A DNA stretch of 64,000 bases from the human T2T-CHM13v2.0 reference genome, Homo sapiens. Made by a program: the position numbers and the translations under genes. How positions within the stretch are numbered: position 1 is the stretch's first letter; each line of letters opens with the position of its first letter. The notes under the pieces were generated by a model. The model was not told where the DNA came from, did no database searches, and saw nothing but the letters and a program-made list of their open reading frames with translations. Shown here piece after piece: positions 1 to 13,228 of the stretch. Where the stretch lies: NCBI RefSeq assembly GCF_009914755.1, contig NC_060929.1, one strand, 5' to 3'.

Positions 1-169
1 AATACAAATGGGCCTAGGAGAAAGTTTAGAAGCTTAGAAGCTTCACTAAATTTTTGTCAGACAGTCTTTTTTTATATATATGTGTATATATATACATAAA
101 CATATATATTATTAATATATAATTTTATTATATGCGAAGATACTAAAATATATATTTAAATTGTTCAGA

Positions 170-510
170 TAGTTAATGTAGAATTATCTCTCCTGCAAAC
201 GAGTCCTGCCCCAATAACTTTCACAGACAAATTGTTTCCAATATAATAAGGAATAAATAATTCTGATTTAAATGATTATAAAATACAATTAAGAGGCAAA
301 TTTTTCTAATACTATTCTTTTGAGAAGCTAGGGAAATACTGACTGAAAAGAAAACTGACAAAGATAGTGTCAATAAAGGAAACTATAGACCAATTACGAT
401 TTTGAACATCTATATGATATTTAAATATAATATTCACAAATAGAACTCGGTAGCACAATAAGGAATAATAATGACTATAGTTCATCCTTGAAGTATGACA
501 TTATTCAATA
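170..510 (+). mobile_element. Ancient L1 (L1M-type) ORF2 fragment
   Basis: Degenerate match to the L1 ORF2 pre-RT region (agtcctgccccaataactttcacag..., ggaaactatagaccaatt..., tgaacatctat); no open frame. Confidence 0.6.
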
Positions 511-512
511 CT

Positions 513-1215
513 ATATATGCCCTGGGTCTTCTTGACCACTTCCCAGATAGAGTCAATTTATCAAGACAGGGGAATTGCAATACAGAAAGAGTTTAGTACA
601 CTGAGAGTCAGCTAAACAGGAAACTGGAGTTTTATCTTTATTCAAATCAGCCTCCCCCAAAATTTTGGGACTAGAGTTTTTCAAAGATAGTTTGATGGGC
701 AGGGAGCTAGGCAATGGGTGCTGCTGACTGACTGGGGATGCAATCATAGGGATGTGGAAAATAGTCCTCATGCTGAGTTCACTTAGTGGGGGCCAGAGGA
801 CCATTTGAGTCAAGAATCACCAGGGTGGGTGGGGCCAGATAGTGATCAGAATTGCAAAAAGCTGAAAAGACATTTCAAAGGCCAATCTTAGGTTCTGCAA
901 TAGTGATGTTATTTACAGGAGTATCTGGGTAAATTGCAAATCTTGTGACCTCTGGAAAAAAGGCTGGTAATCATTTGACTATGCCTACATCTTAGCAGAA
1001 TTCAGACCTTACTCATCCTCTTAACCTGGTAACCTTTCAGTATTTTTACAAAGGCAGTTTAGTTTTGGTGAAGGACTATTATCATTTAAACTATAAACTA
1101 AATTTCTTCAAAAGTTAGCTTGGCCCACGCCCAGGGGTGACCAAGGGTAGTTTGGAGGCTAAAGGTGAGATCTCTTTAACTGTCATAATTTTCTCACTGT
1201 TATAATTTTTGCAAA
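513..1215 (-). mobile_element. ERV1 solo LTR, LTR8/LTR8A-like
   Basis: Reverse-complement match to LTR8 hallmarks: atttatcaagacaggggaattgcaat, ggagttttat, caaatcagcctcccc, ctgtcataattttctcactgttataatttttgcaaa. The terminal ~10 bp are missing. Confidence 0.8.
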
Positions 1216-1359
1216 TATTTTTATTTGCAAAATAAAATAATTTTATTAAAAAAATTATTTTATTTTCCAGGATATAAGTATATCCCTTTCCAAACATTAC
1301 CAAAAAAAAATAATAATAATAACTTCTTTTAGAACCTATAAAGTTGTTTAACCTTCTTT

Positions 1360-1680
1360 CACTTTCTCAATGTGTCTGTCCTGGCCACTTTATCTAAATT
1401 TGCAACCCTCCTTTCTCTTCACTTCACACTCCCATACCCTGATATATTTTTGTCCTTAGCAGTAAACACATGCCACCATGATGTATATCTTAACAGTTTA
1501 TTTTTTCTCATATTCTTGATTCTCTCACCTTAGTAGAATGTAAGGTCCATGAAGGCAAGGAGTTTTGCCCACTTTTTTGTTGTTGTTCCTCCCTGGCCCC
1601 CACCAGGATGTAACATTAGTGCCTGAGTGGTATTTAGTAGGTCTTCACTATACATTGGTTGAATAAATGAATACGTGAAT
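1360..1680 (+). mobile_element. L2 (L2a-like) 3' end
   Basis: tagaatgtaaggtccatgaaggcaagga ... agtgcctg ... tagtaggtc ... ttgaataaatgaat, the typical L2 terminus. Confidence 0.7.
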
Positions 1681-1752
1681 TTTCCTAATATATATATTTT
1701 TAAAATTAACAACTATTCTTCATATAAAAACTTCAGCAAAATATAATTATAT

Positions 1753-2330
1753 TGTAACTGAATATCCTATTTTTAAAAAATTGTTTTTTTCCATTTCCTT
1801 TCCTTTTTCATTTTTTCTCTTTCCCCTTGTGTGATTGCTTAGCTCTGTAGAAATGCAAATGTAACCTTTACCCTCCTTTCTTTCCAACACACCCTCCCCT
1901 GCAAACACTACTGGCTCTTCTAGTTATATGTTCGCTTAGAAGTTCCGAGGACCAAATCTTGAAACAAACTAGGCACCTTCCAGAATTCTCCCCAACCAGG
2001 AGATTGCCTCAAGACAGTGGTTAATTTATAACCCTTTTGTACCTGCAATGGTGCTGGACTGGTCGCCAAAAGGCCCATTACTCAAGATAAAATCTTTGGA
2101 GCAAGTCAAATAGATCCTGTACCTCCATACCTCTTTGGCCCCTGGATACCAAAATTTCTATTCACAAGCCCCCACTTTCTGCCCAGAAATCTGAAGTGGT
2201 TTCTTTAGATGTGAATTCTGGGGTGTCCCTACTGCTAAGCTCTGGAATAAATTTGTTTTATTTTTATCACACCTGGTCCTTGCCATTTTGCTTTGCAAGC
2301 AGTAAGCAGCCAAGCCTGCATTAGGTTACA
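1753..2330 (+). mobile_element. Solo LTR, probably ERVL (MER54/MER73/MER74-like)
   Basis: TGTAAC...GTTACA inverted termini; AATAAA near 2246 followed by a U5-like ttgcaagcagtaagcagcc. Family uncertain. Confidence 0.6.
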
Positions 2331-2438
2331 TTGTCACTTGACATGAAAAACACATAATGAACTACTAAAAAAAAAAGTGTCTGTGTGTGTATGTGCACAT
2401 ATACGAGAGAGAGAGAGACGATAGATGTTAAACAATAA

Positions 2439-2797
<359 letters not shown>

Positions 2798-2889
2798 AGT
2801 AATTCTCTTTTCTTTATCATTTCTATATAGGGAAACGAGGTCGTTGTGAGAAAAGGGTAAAGTGTGGAAATTGATCAGATGATACTAAA

Positions 2890-3388
2890 AGGTAGATTTT
2901 ATTATTGGCACTAGGTTTTTGCCCCATCAGGCATCCATGCTTCCTGGCAGGAAATTCTTTGGTCCCTCTCACTAATGGCCAATGAACATATTTGATCCTT
3001 AACTTTGGGCTTGACCAAAAACCTGTTTTGATCAGTGGCGTATGAATGAAAGTGACAGTGTGCTGATTTTCAGCTTAGGCCTATAGAGACCTCACATGAT
3101 TCTGTTTGCCCTCCTGAAGCTCCTAACTCTATGAAAAGAATATTCCCCACTTAGGTTTATGAGCCTTCCTTTTCTAGGAAGAAAGTGAGATCTAACACAA
3201 CATAAATCAGCTGGCTCCCAGGGGACTGGTGGAGTCATGAGTAAGTCTGCCCAAGTTAAACAGACTGCTCAGGGGAGCCCAGTGTAGATCAGCTGATATC
3301 AAGGCAACCTACAGAAGCAAGAGCAATAATATATTATTGTTATTTAAAGCCACTGACTTTCACGGTGGATTCTGTGCAGCAATAGAAT
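2890..3388 (+). mobile_element. MaLR LTR (MLT1H/J-like)
   Basis: gaaagtgacagtgtgc...cttaggcct, and a 3' end ttgttatttaaagccactga...tgcagcaatag. Confidence 0.65.
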
Positions 3389-4561
3389 GTAGGTAGATTA
3401 TAAATATAGTGATTGGGCTGAACTCTCTGATAGCCCAGGAGATCTAAAGATAGAAGAAATCACCATTGGAGAATAGAATGCACATCTAATAAAGTATGGG
3501 AAAGGTTATTTAACAATAAACATTAGAAGACTGACTTTGCCTTGGTGTGTCAATCAAAGTTGTATGTAGCATATGTACAGCCTTCTGAGATGCATTTACC
3601 TCAAGCTTGGGGAAAAAAAAAAAGGGTGAAGTAAAATACCAAGCCCTTTATTTGTGCAGTCTCCTAGAAGAAGACAAACTATTCTTAAACTGTCTGAGAA
3701 ATATGCAAGGAAATTTACTCACATGCTTACTCCAATATTTGTATAGGAACAATATCATACCTGGAACATTATTTTTTTTCCTCTATTTTTCTTTGAGTTG
3801 TTGAGAATTCATGAAATAGTCAGAAATACAAGAACCAACATGAAGGTATTTTTTTCCACCCAAGTAGTTCCACCACCAGCCTTGTTACAGCGTTTAAGTG
3901 ACAAATGCTTTACAATTTTGACAAGGAGTAAAGAAGATAATATTACTTAACTGCCTGACCATCGGATCTCCAAATAGCTCTCTGTTGCTACAATTTTTAT
4001 TTAATATAATTCAAATGGCATATGGGCTAGATTAAGGATGAGGAGAGAAACTAATATTTTGTTGACTATTATATGCTTATATTGATCTTTGCTAAGTCAT
4101 GAGTTGAATCTATAAATAGATGTTCTGATGAGTCTAGAACTATGCATCTTCTGAATGCATTAAGTGGCTATGCTGAGGTGAAATCCTTCAATGATTCAAA
4201 CATTACTACAAATAATTAGCATTTGGGCCGGGATGTTGTATTAAATGATGGTATGGAGAAGAGATATTTGAGACACATACATTTGGCAATGGTTTTTCTG
4301 GAGGTTTATAATGCCGCATATCACCTGGATGAAATCGATTTTTCTCCCAACCACGTCTTTTCTGTCTCCTGACAATTATTTAATTCAAGTCTGAAATTCA
4401 AGTCTCTACACATCACTCAGTCAACTCCCAACTACACTAAATTTTCTTATTCTCACAGAGCAAATTTTAAAATTAAGGAAATCAAGATGACAACATAAAA
4501 TACTTCAAACTCATTAAGAATTCTTAGTTTTTAAAATTATACTTAAAGACTTTTACATATA

Positions 4562-4998
4562 TGGTTGACTCTTGAATAACACAGGTTTGACCTGCACAAG
4601 TCCACATATATTTGGATTTTCTTCTACCTCTGCTATCCTTTAAATAGGAAGACTAACACCTGTTCTTCCTCTTCCTCCTCAGCCTACTCAATATGAAGAT
4701 AATGAGAATGAAGATCTTGATGAATTAGTCACTTTCACTTAACGAATAGTAAATATAGTTTATCTTTCTTATGATTTTCTTAATAACATTTTATTTTCTC
4801 TAGCTTACTTTATTGTAAGAATACTGTATATAATACATATACAAAAGATGTATTAATCAACTGTGTAAGTTATCAATAAGGCTTCTGATCAGTAAGAATC
4901 TATTAGTAGTTAAGATTTGAGGGAGTCAAAAGTTATGTAGATTTTTGACTATGTGAGAGATCAGCACCCTAATCCCAAGATTGTTCAAGGGTCAACTC
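4562..4998 (+). mobile_element. Tigger2a-like TcMar DNA transposon (MITE)
   Basis: TIRs ggttgactcttgaataac / ttgttcaagggtcaact flanked by TA on both sides; internal cctcctcagcctactcaa motif. Confidence 0.85.
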
Positions 4999-5329
4999 TA
5001 TTCTGTTTTCATCCACATTTTTCAACTTTCACACAAATTTAAACACTAAAAATCCTGAATGTGACCCACATGGGACAAAAATAATACTAAATTTGACTGT
5101 CTCAAAGCTATCAACATATGTAGCGTAGTGAGCAAGGAAAGAAATATACATAGAAATATATATATTTTGTTGCTCTATAGTCCTGTTGCCATGCTTATAG
5201 TTTTATGGTATTTGATCACTTAAAGGCCTTCAATCAACTCATGAAGAAAATATTCCAACATTTAAAAGTTTTTTTTCTTTTTCAGAACAAATAAACTAAG
5301 TGCTTTTTAAAACTGTAACCTGTAAGTAG

Positions 5330-5625
5330 ATGAAGGAGTATTATAACCAGCTGCTCTTCATTTCCACTGAGAGAAGACATGGAAATATGTTTAATTCACA
5401 GCAGGAGTGGTTTAGATTGGACAACAGGAAGACAAATTTGACAGGAATTCATACTAGACCCTAAAAGATATTACCAAGGGGAATTTGTAGATTTTTTTTT
5501 TCTATTCAGGTCTTTGCGAATAAATTAGATTCTATGGCTACTGCGAGGACCTTGAATTCTTGCAAGTAGGTCAAGGAGGTGGACAAAGGGATACTAAAGT
5601 ACCAGTCTTTTATTACTCTATACTA
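5330..5625 (+). mobile_element. CR1/L3 LINE 3' fragment
   Basis: Collinear degenerate match to the CR1 3' end (cagcaggagtggtttagattggacaacaggaaga, ttaccaagggg, ggtggacaaagggatac). Confidence 0.6.
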
Positions 5626-6188
5626 GAATGGTAGACGTTGACCTGTCTTGCTCATTCTCTCTTTCTCAATATAATACTTGCTTCCCATCCCTCCCTTACC
5701 TAATATGAATCAATAATGAATAAGTTCAAAGTATACCGGCCATTTCTTCGTTCCACCTTGGTGCTTTGTTTTGAGCAATAAACTCTTATACCACAATGAA
5801 AGACATAGACGGAGATTAAGTGATGCCATTTTTTAATTGAATTAATGTATCTCATATGTCTTTCTTAATACTACAATGTGCCTGCCACATATTTTCTCTT
5901 CTGAATGTTTTATTTTATTAAAATTGTTTTTTAATTCCTTAATAGTGCCTTTTTTCTTTATTTGAACTGAGAAAATAATATGAATTAAAAGATCCTTTGC
6001 ATTCAGAAAACAGTTTTTTTTTGAAAATATATTTGAGTGAGTTGCGATTAAGATGCTACTATGAAAAAGCGGAAAGAGTCAAAAAGGTACCCTTCCTTTA
6101 CTGCTATGTCCATCAACTAGGATATGCTTTCCCAACTAGTATTGTATGCCTAATAGGAAAGGAAAGCTTTTTTTTGTGGCTAAATTAA

Positions 6189-6785
6189 TGATGAGATTCG
6201 CTATGTTCTGCCCTAAAACATGACTATACAAGTCCAGAATGCATCACCCTAACATATTCTTCTTTGGCAGGTTGATGCTTTTGAGCTGGTTATTTTAAGG
6301 AACTGCAGACACAGGAATAGCTCTTAAAAGTTGGCCTTTTATGTTGATTAAATAATTTTCCATTTGTAAGAGTGTCTCCTTATCTGTACCAGGGAAAAAA
6401 GAATTAAATCACTAGAGACTTCTAATCAATGAAGAAGGTGTAGACTTAAATCTGTGCAACAAATCTTATCTTTGTTTTAAGGTGCTTTTCCTGGTCATCT
6501 CATCTGAATCTGGCTTGTCTCCTCACCCTCTCATAATTTGCTTTTAGTACCACCTAGAGGCCCCAAGCTCTTATTTCTCCATGTAATTTCCCATTTCAAG
6601 AGGAAACACAGTGTAAGCCTCAATCTTCTGGCCAATTCTTTGAGCCCTGTATTTTTGTGGGACTCCTATGTGTATGTACATAATTGATATAGTTTTTCTC
6701 TTGTTAATCTCTCTTATGTCAATTAAATTCATAGACAAGCCAAAGAACCTAAGAGGGTAGAAGGAAGCATTTTTCCTCCCCTGTA
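6189..6785 (+). mobile_element. ERV1 solo LTR, MER34-like
   Basis: gaactgcagacacagga and the 3' end ttgttaatctctcttatgtc...gaacctaagagggtagaaggaagcatttttcctcccctgta. Confidence 0.7.
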
Positions 6786-6828
6786 TTACTTATTTGTATT
6801 CTTTTTGTGTTAGGTATTGAGGTTGATT

Positions 6829-7380
6829 TGGGGGAGGCAGGGGGAATGGCCTCAATAACTCCTTCTAACCCTATGTGTATGCTCTTGTGTAATATCTTTG
6901 TTATTCCTTCAATCAAGAAAGAGAATCTATTTTCTCATCTCTTGAATCTGGGCTGGACATATGATTTCCCTTGACCAACAGAATGATGCACATGTGACAT
7001 TTTGAGAGTTCAGGAGATGGCTCCTCAAGAAGCCCAGCAATTTTTCTTTTCCTCTTGAAACATTGTCATGATCCCCCTAAATAAAGAAATGGAGTCACTG
7101 GAAGATAATAAACCACGTTCAAAAGAAGTCAAAAGCTACAGTCCACATGTAGCATCCAGCAGCTTCACATGTGAGCAAAGACATCTGGGATCATTCAATC
7201 TCTGTCAAGGCATCTCATGACTACAGCTCGAGAGCACCCCAGATGGAACCCTTCAGAAAAGCTACTCATTTGACCGCAGTTCACATTTCTCACCCACAGT
7301 ATCATGAACAAATAAAATGGTGTTGTTTTAAGCCACTGTTTTGGTGTGGTCTGTGGAGCGGCAACAGTCAGTTCATAATG
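6829..7380 (+). mobile_element. MaLR LTR (MLT1F/G-like)
   Basis: cttgaatctgggctgg...ttgaccaacagaatg; aataaaatggtgttgttttaagccact 3' end. Confidence 0.75.
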
Positions 7381-7849
7381 ATAACATAAACACATTACAT
7401 TGTCAATTTATGGTTTACAGACCAAAAATTTTTAACATGCAATATGCTTTTTACTCATGAAAATTATATTCTATACCAGATAATATAGTAAAAGAAGACA
7501 TTAAAAGTATCATAAGATAATAAAAAGGAGAAAAAAGACAAATTCAAAGGAGAGAAAATAGAGATGAAAAAGAAAAATAGAACGATGCAATCAATTTGAT
7601 TAGGGTCTCAAAGGGGCATGGATTATTTTATATATGGCAACTGGATGACTAGGTAGATGATGGTTTTATTAATAATGTTCACATAGGTTCTTATTTTAGT
7701 TTTTTTTCATGCTTTCCCCATGTCCTTATCATACTATTTTAATAGTCTTTTCTAAGCCACCTTCATTAGTCCTTGTTTCCTTGCCAAATCTATCAAAGGT
7801 ATAAAATGATCTTCTTCAATAGGATACAATGGTGTCAGGAATGCAAATT

Positions 7850-8119
7850 AACCAAAAGTGGCAGAGTGGTGCTGCATGGAAGCCCAAGTCCTGAAGCAGT
7901 GAGCATGGTGAAATATCAAGTAGCAATAGTGGCACCAATGCTAGTTTAACCTGATTTTTTCTGCTGAAGGATCTTGGCTGTGCCTTATCTTCCTTAATTC
8001 TTGCCCAAGTTTGGTGCTTCTGCATACCCATTCATTTTTTTATAAACTCTTTAATACATTTGTCTTGCATAACCAAAAGTGATTTCTATTGCTTGCAACC
8101 AATATCTAACGGTGTAACA
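7850..8119 (+). mobile_element. Old LTR 3' fragment (ERVL/MaLR class)
   Basis: Ends tttctattgcttgcaaccaa...taaca, as old ERVL-type LTRs do; family not resolved. Confidence 0.4.
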
Positions 8120-8545
8120 GTACTTGAACTACGTGAAAGGAGCAGATCTGCAAAAAAAATTGGGAAACCAGAGATTGTACAGCTTCACCTGTCAGCACTG
8201 AAATGGTGAGATGGGTATCTGGCTATGCATTCTCTAGAGGAAAAGCTAAGCACATTCCTGTCTCTCATCTTTTGGAAAGTAGTTTTCAGGGAAAGCATGC
8301 TTTTGGGTGAAAAAGTGACCACTTCTATGAAGGACATGAGAGATTTAGTATGTTGGTTTTGTTTTAATGACATCCGATACTTTTTATAACATGAAAATTT
8401 AAATGCAAATACATTTAAAGCTGTTGTGTATTTTAGTCCATTTTAATGATAACTTGCTGCTAAATAACTTACCACACTGATATTTCTATCCACCTGGCAT
8501 GGCACTTGAAAATCACAACTAAGTCTTTGTCCACTTTATACTGGC

Positions 8546-8901
8546 TCTCATGGAGGTGGAGGATAGAATCATAGATACCAGAGACTGGGAAGGGTGGATG
8601 AGTGGGAGGGGGGAAATGCAGAGAAGATGGTCAAGCATTATAAGCAAAGAATTAGACAGAAGAAATAAGTTCTAATGTTTGATAACAGACTAGGGTGACT
8701 ATACTTAGCAACATTATTTTGTATATTTCAAAGTAACTGAAAGAGAGCACTTGAAATGATACCAACACATGAAAATAATCAATACATAAGGTGAGGGATA
8801 CTCCAAATGCCCTGGCTTTATTATTACAAGCCATGCATGTAATAAACACTCACATACACCCCATAAATATATAAAATAGTATGTATCGATAGAAGAAAAA
8901 A
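8546..8901 (+). mobile_element. L1MA-type 3' UTR fragment
   Basis: tagaatcatagataccagagactgggaagggt, aattagacagaagaaataagttct, catacaccccataaatat, A-rich tail. Confidence 0.85.
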
Positions 8902-9171
8902 ATGATAATTTTGATTTTTGTCTGCAGACTCCCTAAGGAAATTTCCATGTAAATGTAAATTGACTAACCATCTAGGTGAGTTTATGGTGAGTTTTGTAAG
9001 ATCTTCACAGCCTTGGTTTCCAATAATATTGAATGATAACAAAATATATGCTGTTTTTTTAATCAATAATGTGTATTTAGTGAAAATACAGAGAAGCGCA
9101 GTTTTTAAATATTTGTTATTTAACGGAAGATAAAAGAGCAATCGAGAGAAGTGACAATCAAGACAGTCTTA

Positions 9172-9303
9172 AGTGGAATAACTATTATTTATTGCTTAAA
9201 CTGGAACAATTATGAAAATTAAGTAGGTCATTTTTAATTATTATACCTGGACAATGGACATAGATTGGCCCATTACAGCAAACTGGAATGTACAGTCTTC
9301 CTT
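9172..9303 (+). mobile_element. MER94-like hAT MITE
   Basis: Degenerate match: ttattgcttaaactggaaca...taattattatacctggacaatggacat...gcaaactggaatgtacagtc. Confidence 0.55.
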
Positions 9304-9349
9304 CCTTAAACCATATTGAGGATGCAGTCTTCTGACTTTTCTTAATTCA

Positions 9350-9520
9350 ACTCATAGTATTCCTCTCTTTGGTAACATTCAGCACACTTGAAAATAATTT
9401 TTTAAAATTTGGATTCCCCACAAGAATGCAAGCTTCAAAAGGAAAATAACCTTCTGTATCTTATTCAGCATCTAGCACAGTGCATGGTATGTTATTCTAA
9501 ATATTTAATACATAAATTAT
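9350..9520 (+). mobile_element. L2 3' fragment
   Basis: ccccacaagaatgcaagctt...cagcatctagcacagtgcatggtat. Confidence 0.6.
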
Positions 9521-12175
9521 TCAATGCTAAAATTCTGGCTAGCATTCAGTCTAGAAATAATACAAAAATCCATGTATATATTTTTTTCCTTAATGTTGTA
9601 TATTCATGACATAGAAGGCATTGCCTATGGTGGTATTTATGGACCTTTATGTTACTAAAACTCATTTTATGTTTCTGGAAAATAATACTAGAAAAATTGC
9701 ATTAATTGAAGAACTGAGATACTGCCTCCTATAAACAATGAATGTGATGCAACTCTCACAATTCTGAGTACGGAGGCAAAACTACAGAAAGATCATAAAT
9801 AAATTGAAACATTAATATTAGTAATTATTTGATGAGCTATTTTGGAAATATTTTAATTTCAAATTACATTTTTGGTTATCTTAGTTAATTTTATGCATTC
9901 TATGTGTGCACAATTGTGAAATATGTATAATTTCACTTAATTACAAATTTTAAATTGCCTGATATTACTGATTGAATATGGATGGATAAGATTACTAAAA
10001 TTGCCAACTGGTATTTGTTTTTCACTCACTGTACTCCTTCAAAATATTTAATTCACATTTGTAATTAGCATCTCAAATATTGCATGTGATATAGTCTGTC
10101 TCTCAAAGCAGAATTATTACTGACAGCTGTTAGTAGTAGATGTCTGACTTTTTTCCACAAAATGATAGAATATAAATGTGTTCGTCCTTGCTTTTCATTT
10201 TCATATTTTCACTTCTAAGACTCATCAGTAAATTATTCCTTATAGGTTTTTTTTAAGAAAAAAAAAACAGTTTGGAACCATGAAATAGAATCTTTAAGAA
10301 AAATAAAATGCAAATACATCTTGAATTATTACTTGAAACTTTTATATGGAAATCCTTTATGTGAAATTCAAAGAGATGCTTAAGATGCCGTTGATGTCAT
10401 TTTTTTCTGTCTTCCTATTTTAAAACACACAGGCTTATACACACTTTCATATTGTAAAGTCTTCCCATATTTTAAACATTTTTTATTATTTGGAAAGATA
10501 AATTCAAATAAATAGTTTTTATAGTAGTATGTGTTTTGTATTTGGAAATGAATAACTGTGGTAGAGCCATGTTACTGATAATAATTATTTCTCATATTAG
10601 AAATTAAAATAATACAAAACATAAAATTTACTTTTCATTGTGGTATCAGTTTCTGTGGTATGGCATGTTCATTCTCACTTTATTGTATTACTTTTGAAAG
10701 TAATTATTCATCTTAGTCAAGACACTATTTTCGAATTCTCAGTTGTTTTGCTTCATCAAATTTAGGAAACACAAATATAATTATCAATTTTGAGGTCTCA
10801 GTTTTATCAAATATAGAAAAGAAATACATTTTCTAATATAAATTCTGCTTTCAGCTACACAAATCTTTGACAGCATGATTGAATAGTTTTTTTTTATTCA
10901 TCCCATACCTTGAAAAATAACCTTTAAAAAAAAAGTAAAGAAAAATAACCTGTATAATCTTCATCAGTTTTAAGATAACAAAATCTTCCTGCAAAACAGA
11001 CACTGAGGAAATAATCACAGTGGCTCAGTCTGCCTTGTTCACTCCGTTTTATCAGCTCTCTGCTCTTTCTGTCCTTGCTGACCTCCAGAGTTGAGGCTGA
11101 AGAGCATCTTAAGGCTTTTTGTCAGCATTGATTTAAAAGTACGCAAAAGATCAGCACAAAAACTAAAGCTTGAATCACTTTTTCATATATATAGCATACT
11201 TATTAATTGAATTTGATAACAACTATGAATACAATTATAGGCAATTTACTTGATATTTGTGTCCTTGGAACATTTGAAATTACAGAACAAAAGTCAACAT
11301 AGGAAGGAATGCTATCAAGAATTAAGAAATAGAGGTGGCTTTGAAGTGCACTTGATCATTTATAGAATGTACACATTTTAAATTTTAATAGACACTACCA
11401 GATGAGGCCTTTAAAAAATAATAAGCATATTACATAGGGGTCTTATGAATTTGTGTCTCAAAATGTGTTATGCTGTTTAGGAATTCATTTTTAAAAAATT
11501 CTAAGACTTGATAATTTTGCAATCACTCAACAAGTAAGAATGAGGGTGAAAGGAAATTAGATATACATGTTTAATTAAACATAAATATTTAATTTATCAA
11601 TAAATCTTTTCAAAGGGATAAGGCAATTGCGAATCTTAAAGATACTCAATGTAGAATAAAATACAAGAATGGAACCAATAGACATCTGACAAACATGTAT
11701 ATATTTATGTATGTTATAAATATATGTGAATTCTTAATATATTTTCATTAATAACTACTGAAACTGATAAACTAAAAGTTGTAGTCTTCAACTTAAAGAG
11801 ACAGTTTTGTTATTCAAATAAAAGACACACTTTTGACAACATTTTTAAAATTAAAATAACTCTTAAGATATGTTAATGATAATGCAGATAAAAGATAGGA
11901 AATAAATTATAATTCAGAAACATCTTATATGAAATTCTGAGAATAATGACAGTAACACAAACAAATCTACCAAGTCAACTCCTTTGCTGCCTTTATTTCA
12001 GTTAAAGTCTAATTTTTTTTTTTATTACTTAGGGCGGAATCTAAGTGTCCTCTCTTTCTGTCATTTTCTTACGCTCATTAGGAGGAAATACAGTCTGTTA
12101 TGCCTCCAATATCCAACTTTTAATCTCTTTTAACCACCACCAATATTGCTACCCTAATTCACAAATAATTGCAAA

Positions 12176-12357
12176 CAGGGCCAGCTTCAAGTGTCTGCAA
12201 CCTATTTTCTGGTGTCCAGTCTTCCAGATCTTTGTGTTTAGAAGGGCTCTGTTCTTAATGTTTTGCTCTTGGCATCTTGATATCTGAATAATTATTTTAA
12301 TAGAAGTTCAACATTTTCATTTCACATTGGGATCCCAAAATTATATAGCCAGGCCTG
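12176..12357 (+). mobile_element. MER45A hAT-Tip100 MITE
   Basis: Termini cagggccagcttca / tatagccaggcctg and a perfect 8-bp TSD ATTGCAAA (12168-12175, 12358-12365). Confidence 0.85.
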
Positions 12358-12773
12358 ATTGCAAACATTTTCTATACGCTCTCTTTGCTTTTGCTGTTGT
12401 TCCCACTAGACTCAACAGAACAGCCAGTGAGATAGTAAAAACTTGTTAGACAATGCCATTCATTTACTTAAAATCCCCTAATGATGTCGAAGTCCATATT
12501 TTAATCTGTAACTTCTTAAATGATCTCCCTACTCTCTTAGCTCTTTTATTCTCTTACTATTCTCTCACTAGTTATCGTTGACTCAGACACTAACCTTCTT
12601 GCTGTTCCTAGGTAACCACATACTACCAAATAATTATGTCTAAATCTTTGCCTTTGTTCTTATCTAAGTCTAGGATATGCATTCTCAATTTGGTCTATAT
12701 CATTCCCAAGAAAGCAAAAGTTGATTCTTAGAGGCCAAAAAAAAAAAAAAGAGATCTTAGCTATTGCAGCTAT

Positions 12774-12918
12774 CAGTAGTTATCCAATGTTAAACCCAAC
12801 CCATCAAAATTTTATTTCTTAGGATTTAATTTTATTTGTGTGTACTGGGGTAGATACAGTTAATGAATGCCTTAAAAGGCTCCTAAGAGGATAGTTAATT
12901 AATATTGAAAAACATTGG
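12774..12918. mobile_element. MER5-like hAT-Charlie MITE
   Basis: cagtagttatc start, ctggggtag...aaaggctcctaagaggat...ttgaaaaacattg end. Confidence 0.45.
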
Positions 12919-12968
12919 TTTAGAATATCCTCCAACAGATATTTTAAAATATTACCTCACTTCCTTTG

Positions 12969-13228
12969 GGGTTTTTTGGAGTGCATTGGCGTGATCTCGG
13001 CTCACTGCAACCTCTGCCTCCAGAGTTCAAGGATTCTCCTGCCTCAGCCTCCCAAGTAGCTGGGATTACAGGTACCTGCCACCATGCCCAGCTATTTTTT
13101 TTTTATTTTTAGTAGAGACGGGGTTTCCACCATGTTGGCCAGACTGGTCTCGAACTCCTGACCTCGTGATTTGCTCACCTCGGCCTCCCAAAGTGCTGGG
13201 ATTATAGGCGTGAGCCACCATGCCCGGC
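12969..13228 (-). mobile_element. AluS (Sg/Sc-like) lacking its 3' ~30 bp
   Basis: Alu arms from ggagtgcattggcgtgatc to gcccggc; TSD ttcctttg on both sides. Confidence 0.9.

Noticed and set aside
8400-8412. Octamer ATGCAAAT sites here and elsewhere in the window
   Set aside because: Expected by chance in very AT-rich DNA; no clustering seen.
11440-11960. Possible very old L1 ORF1 relic; faint MIR-like traces near 10720-10830 and 37620-37730
   Set aside because: Similarity is too weak to support by eye.
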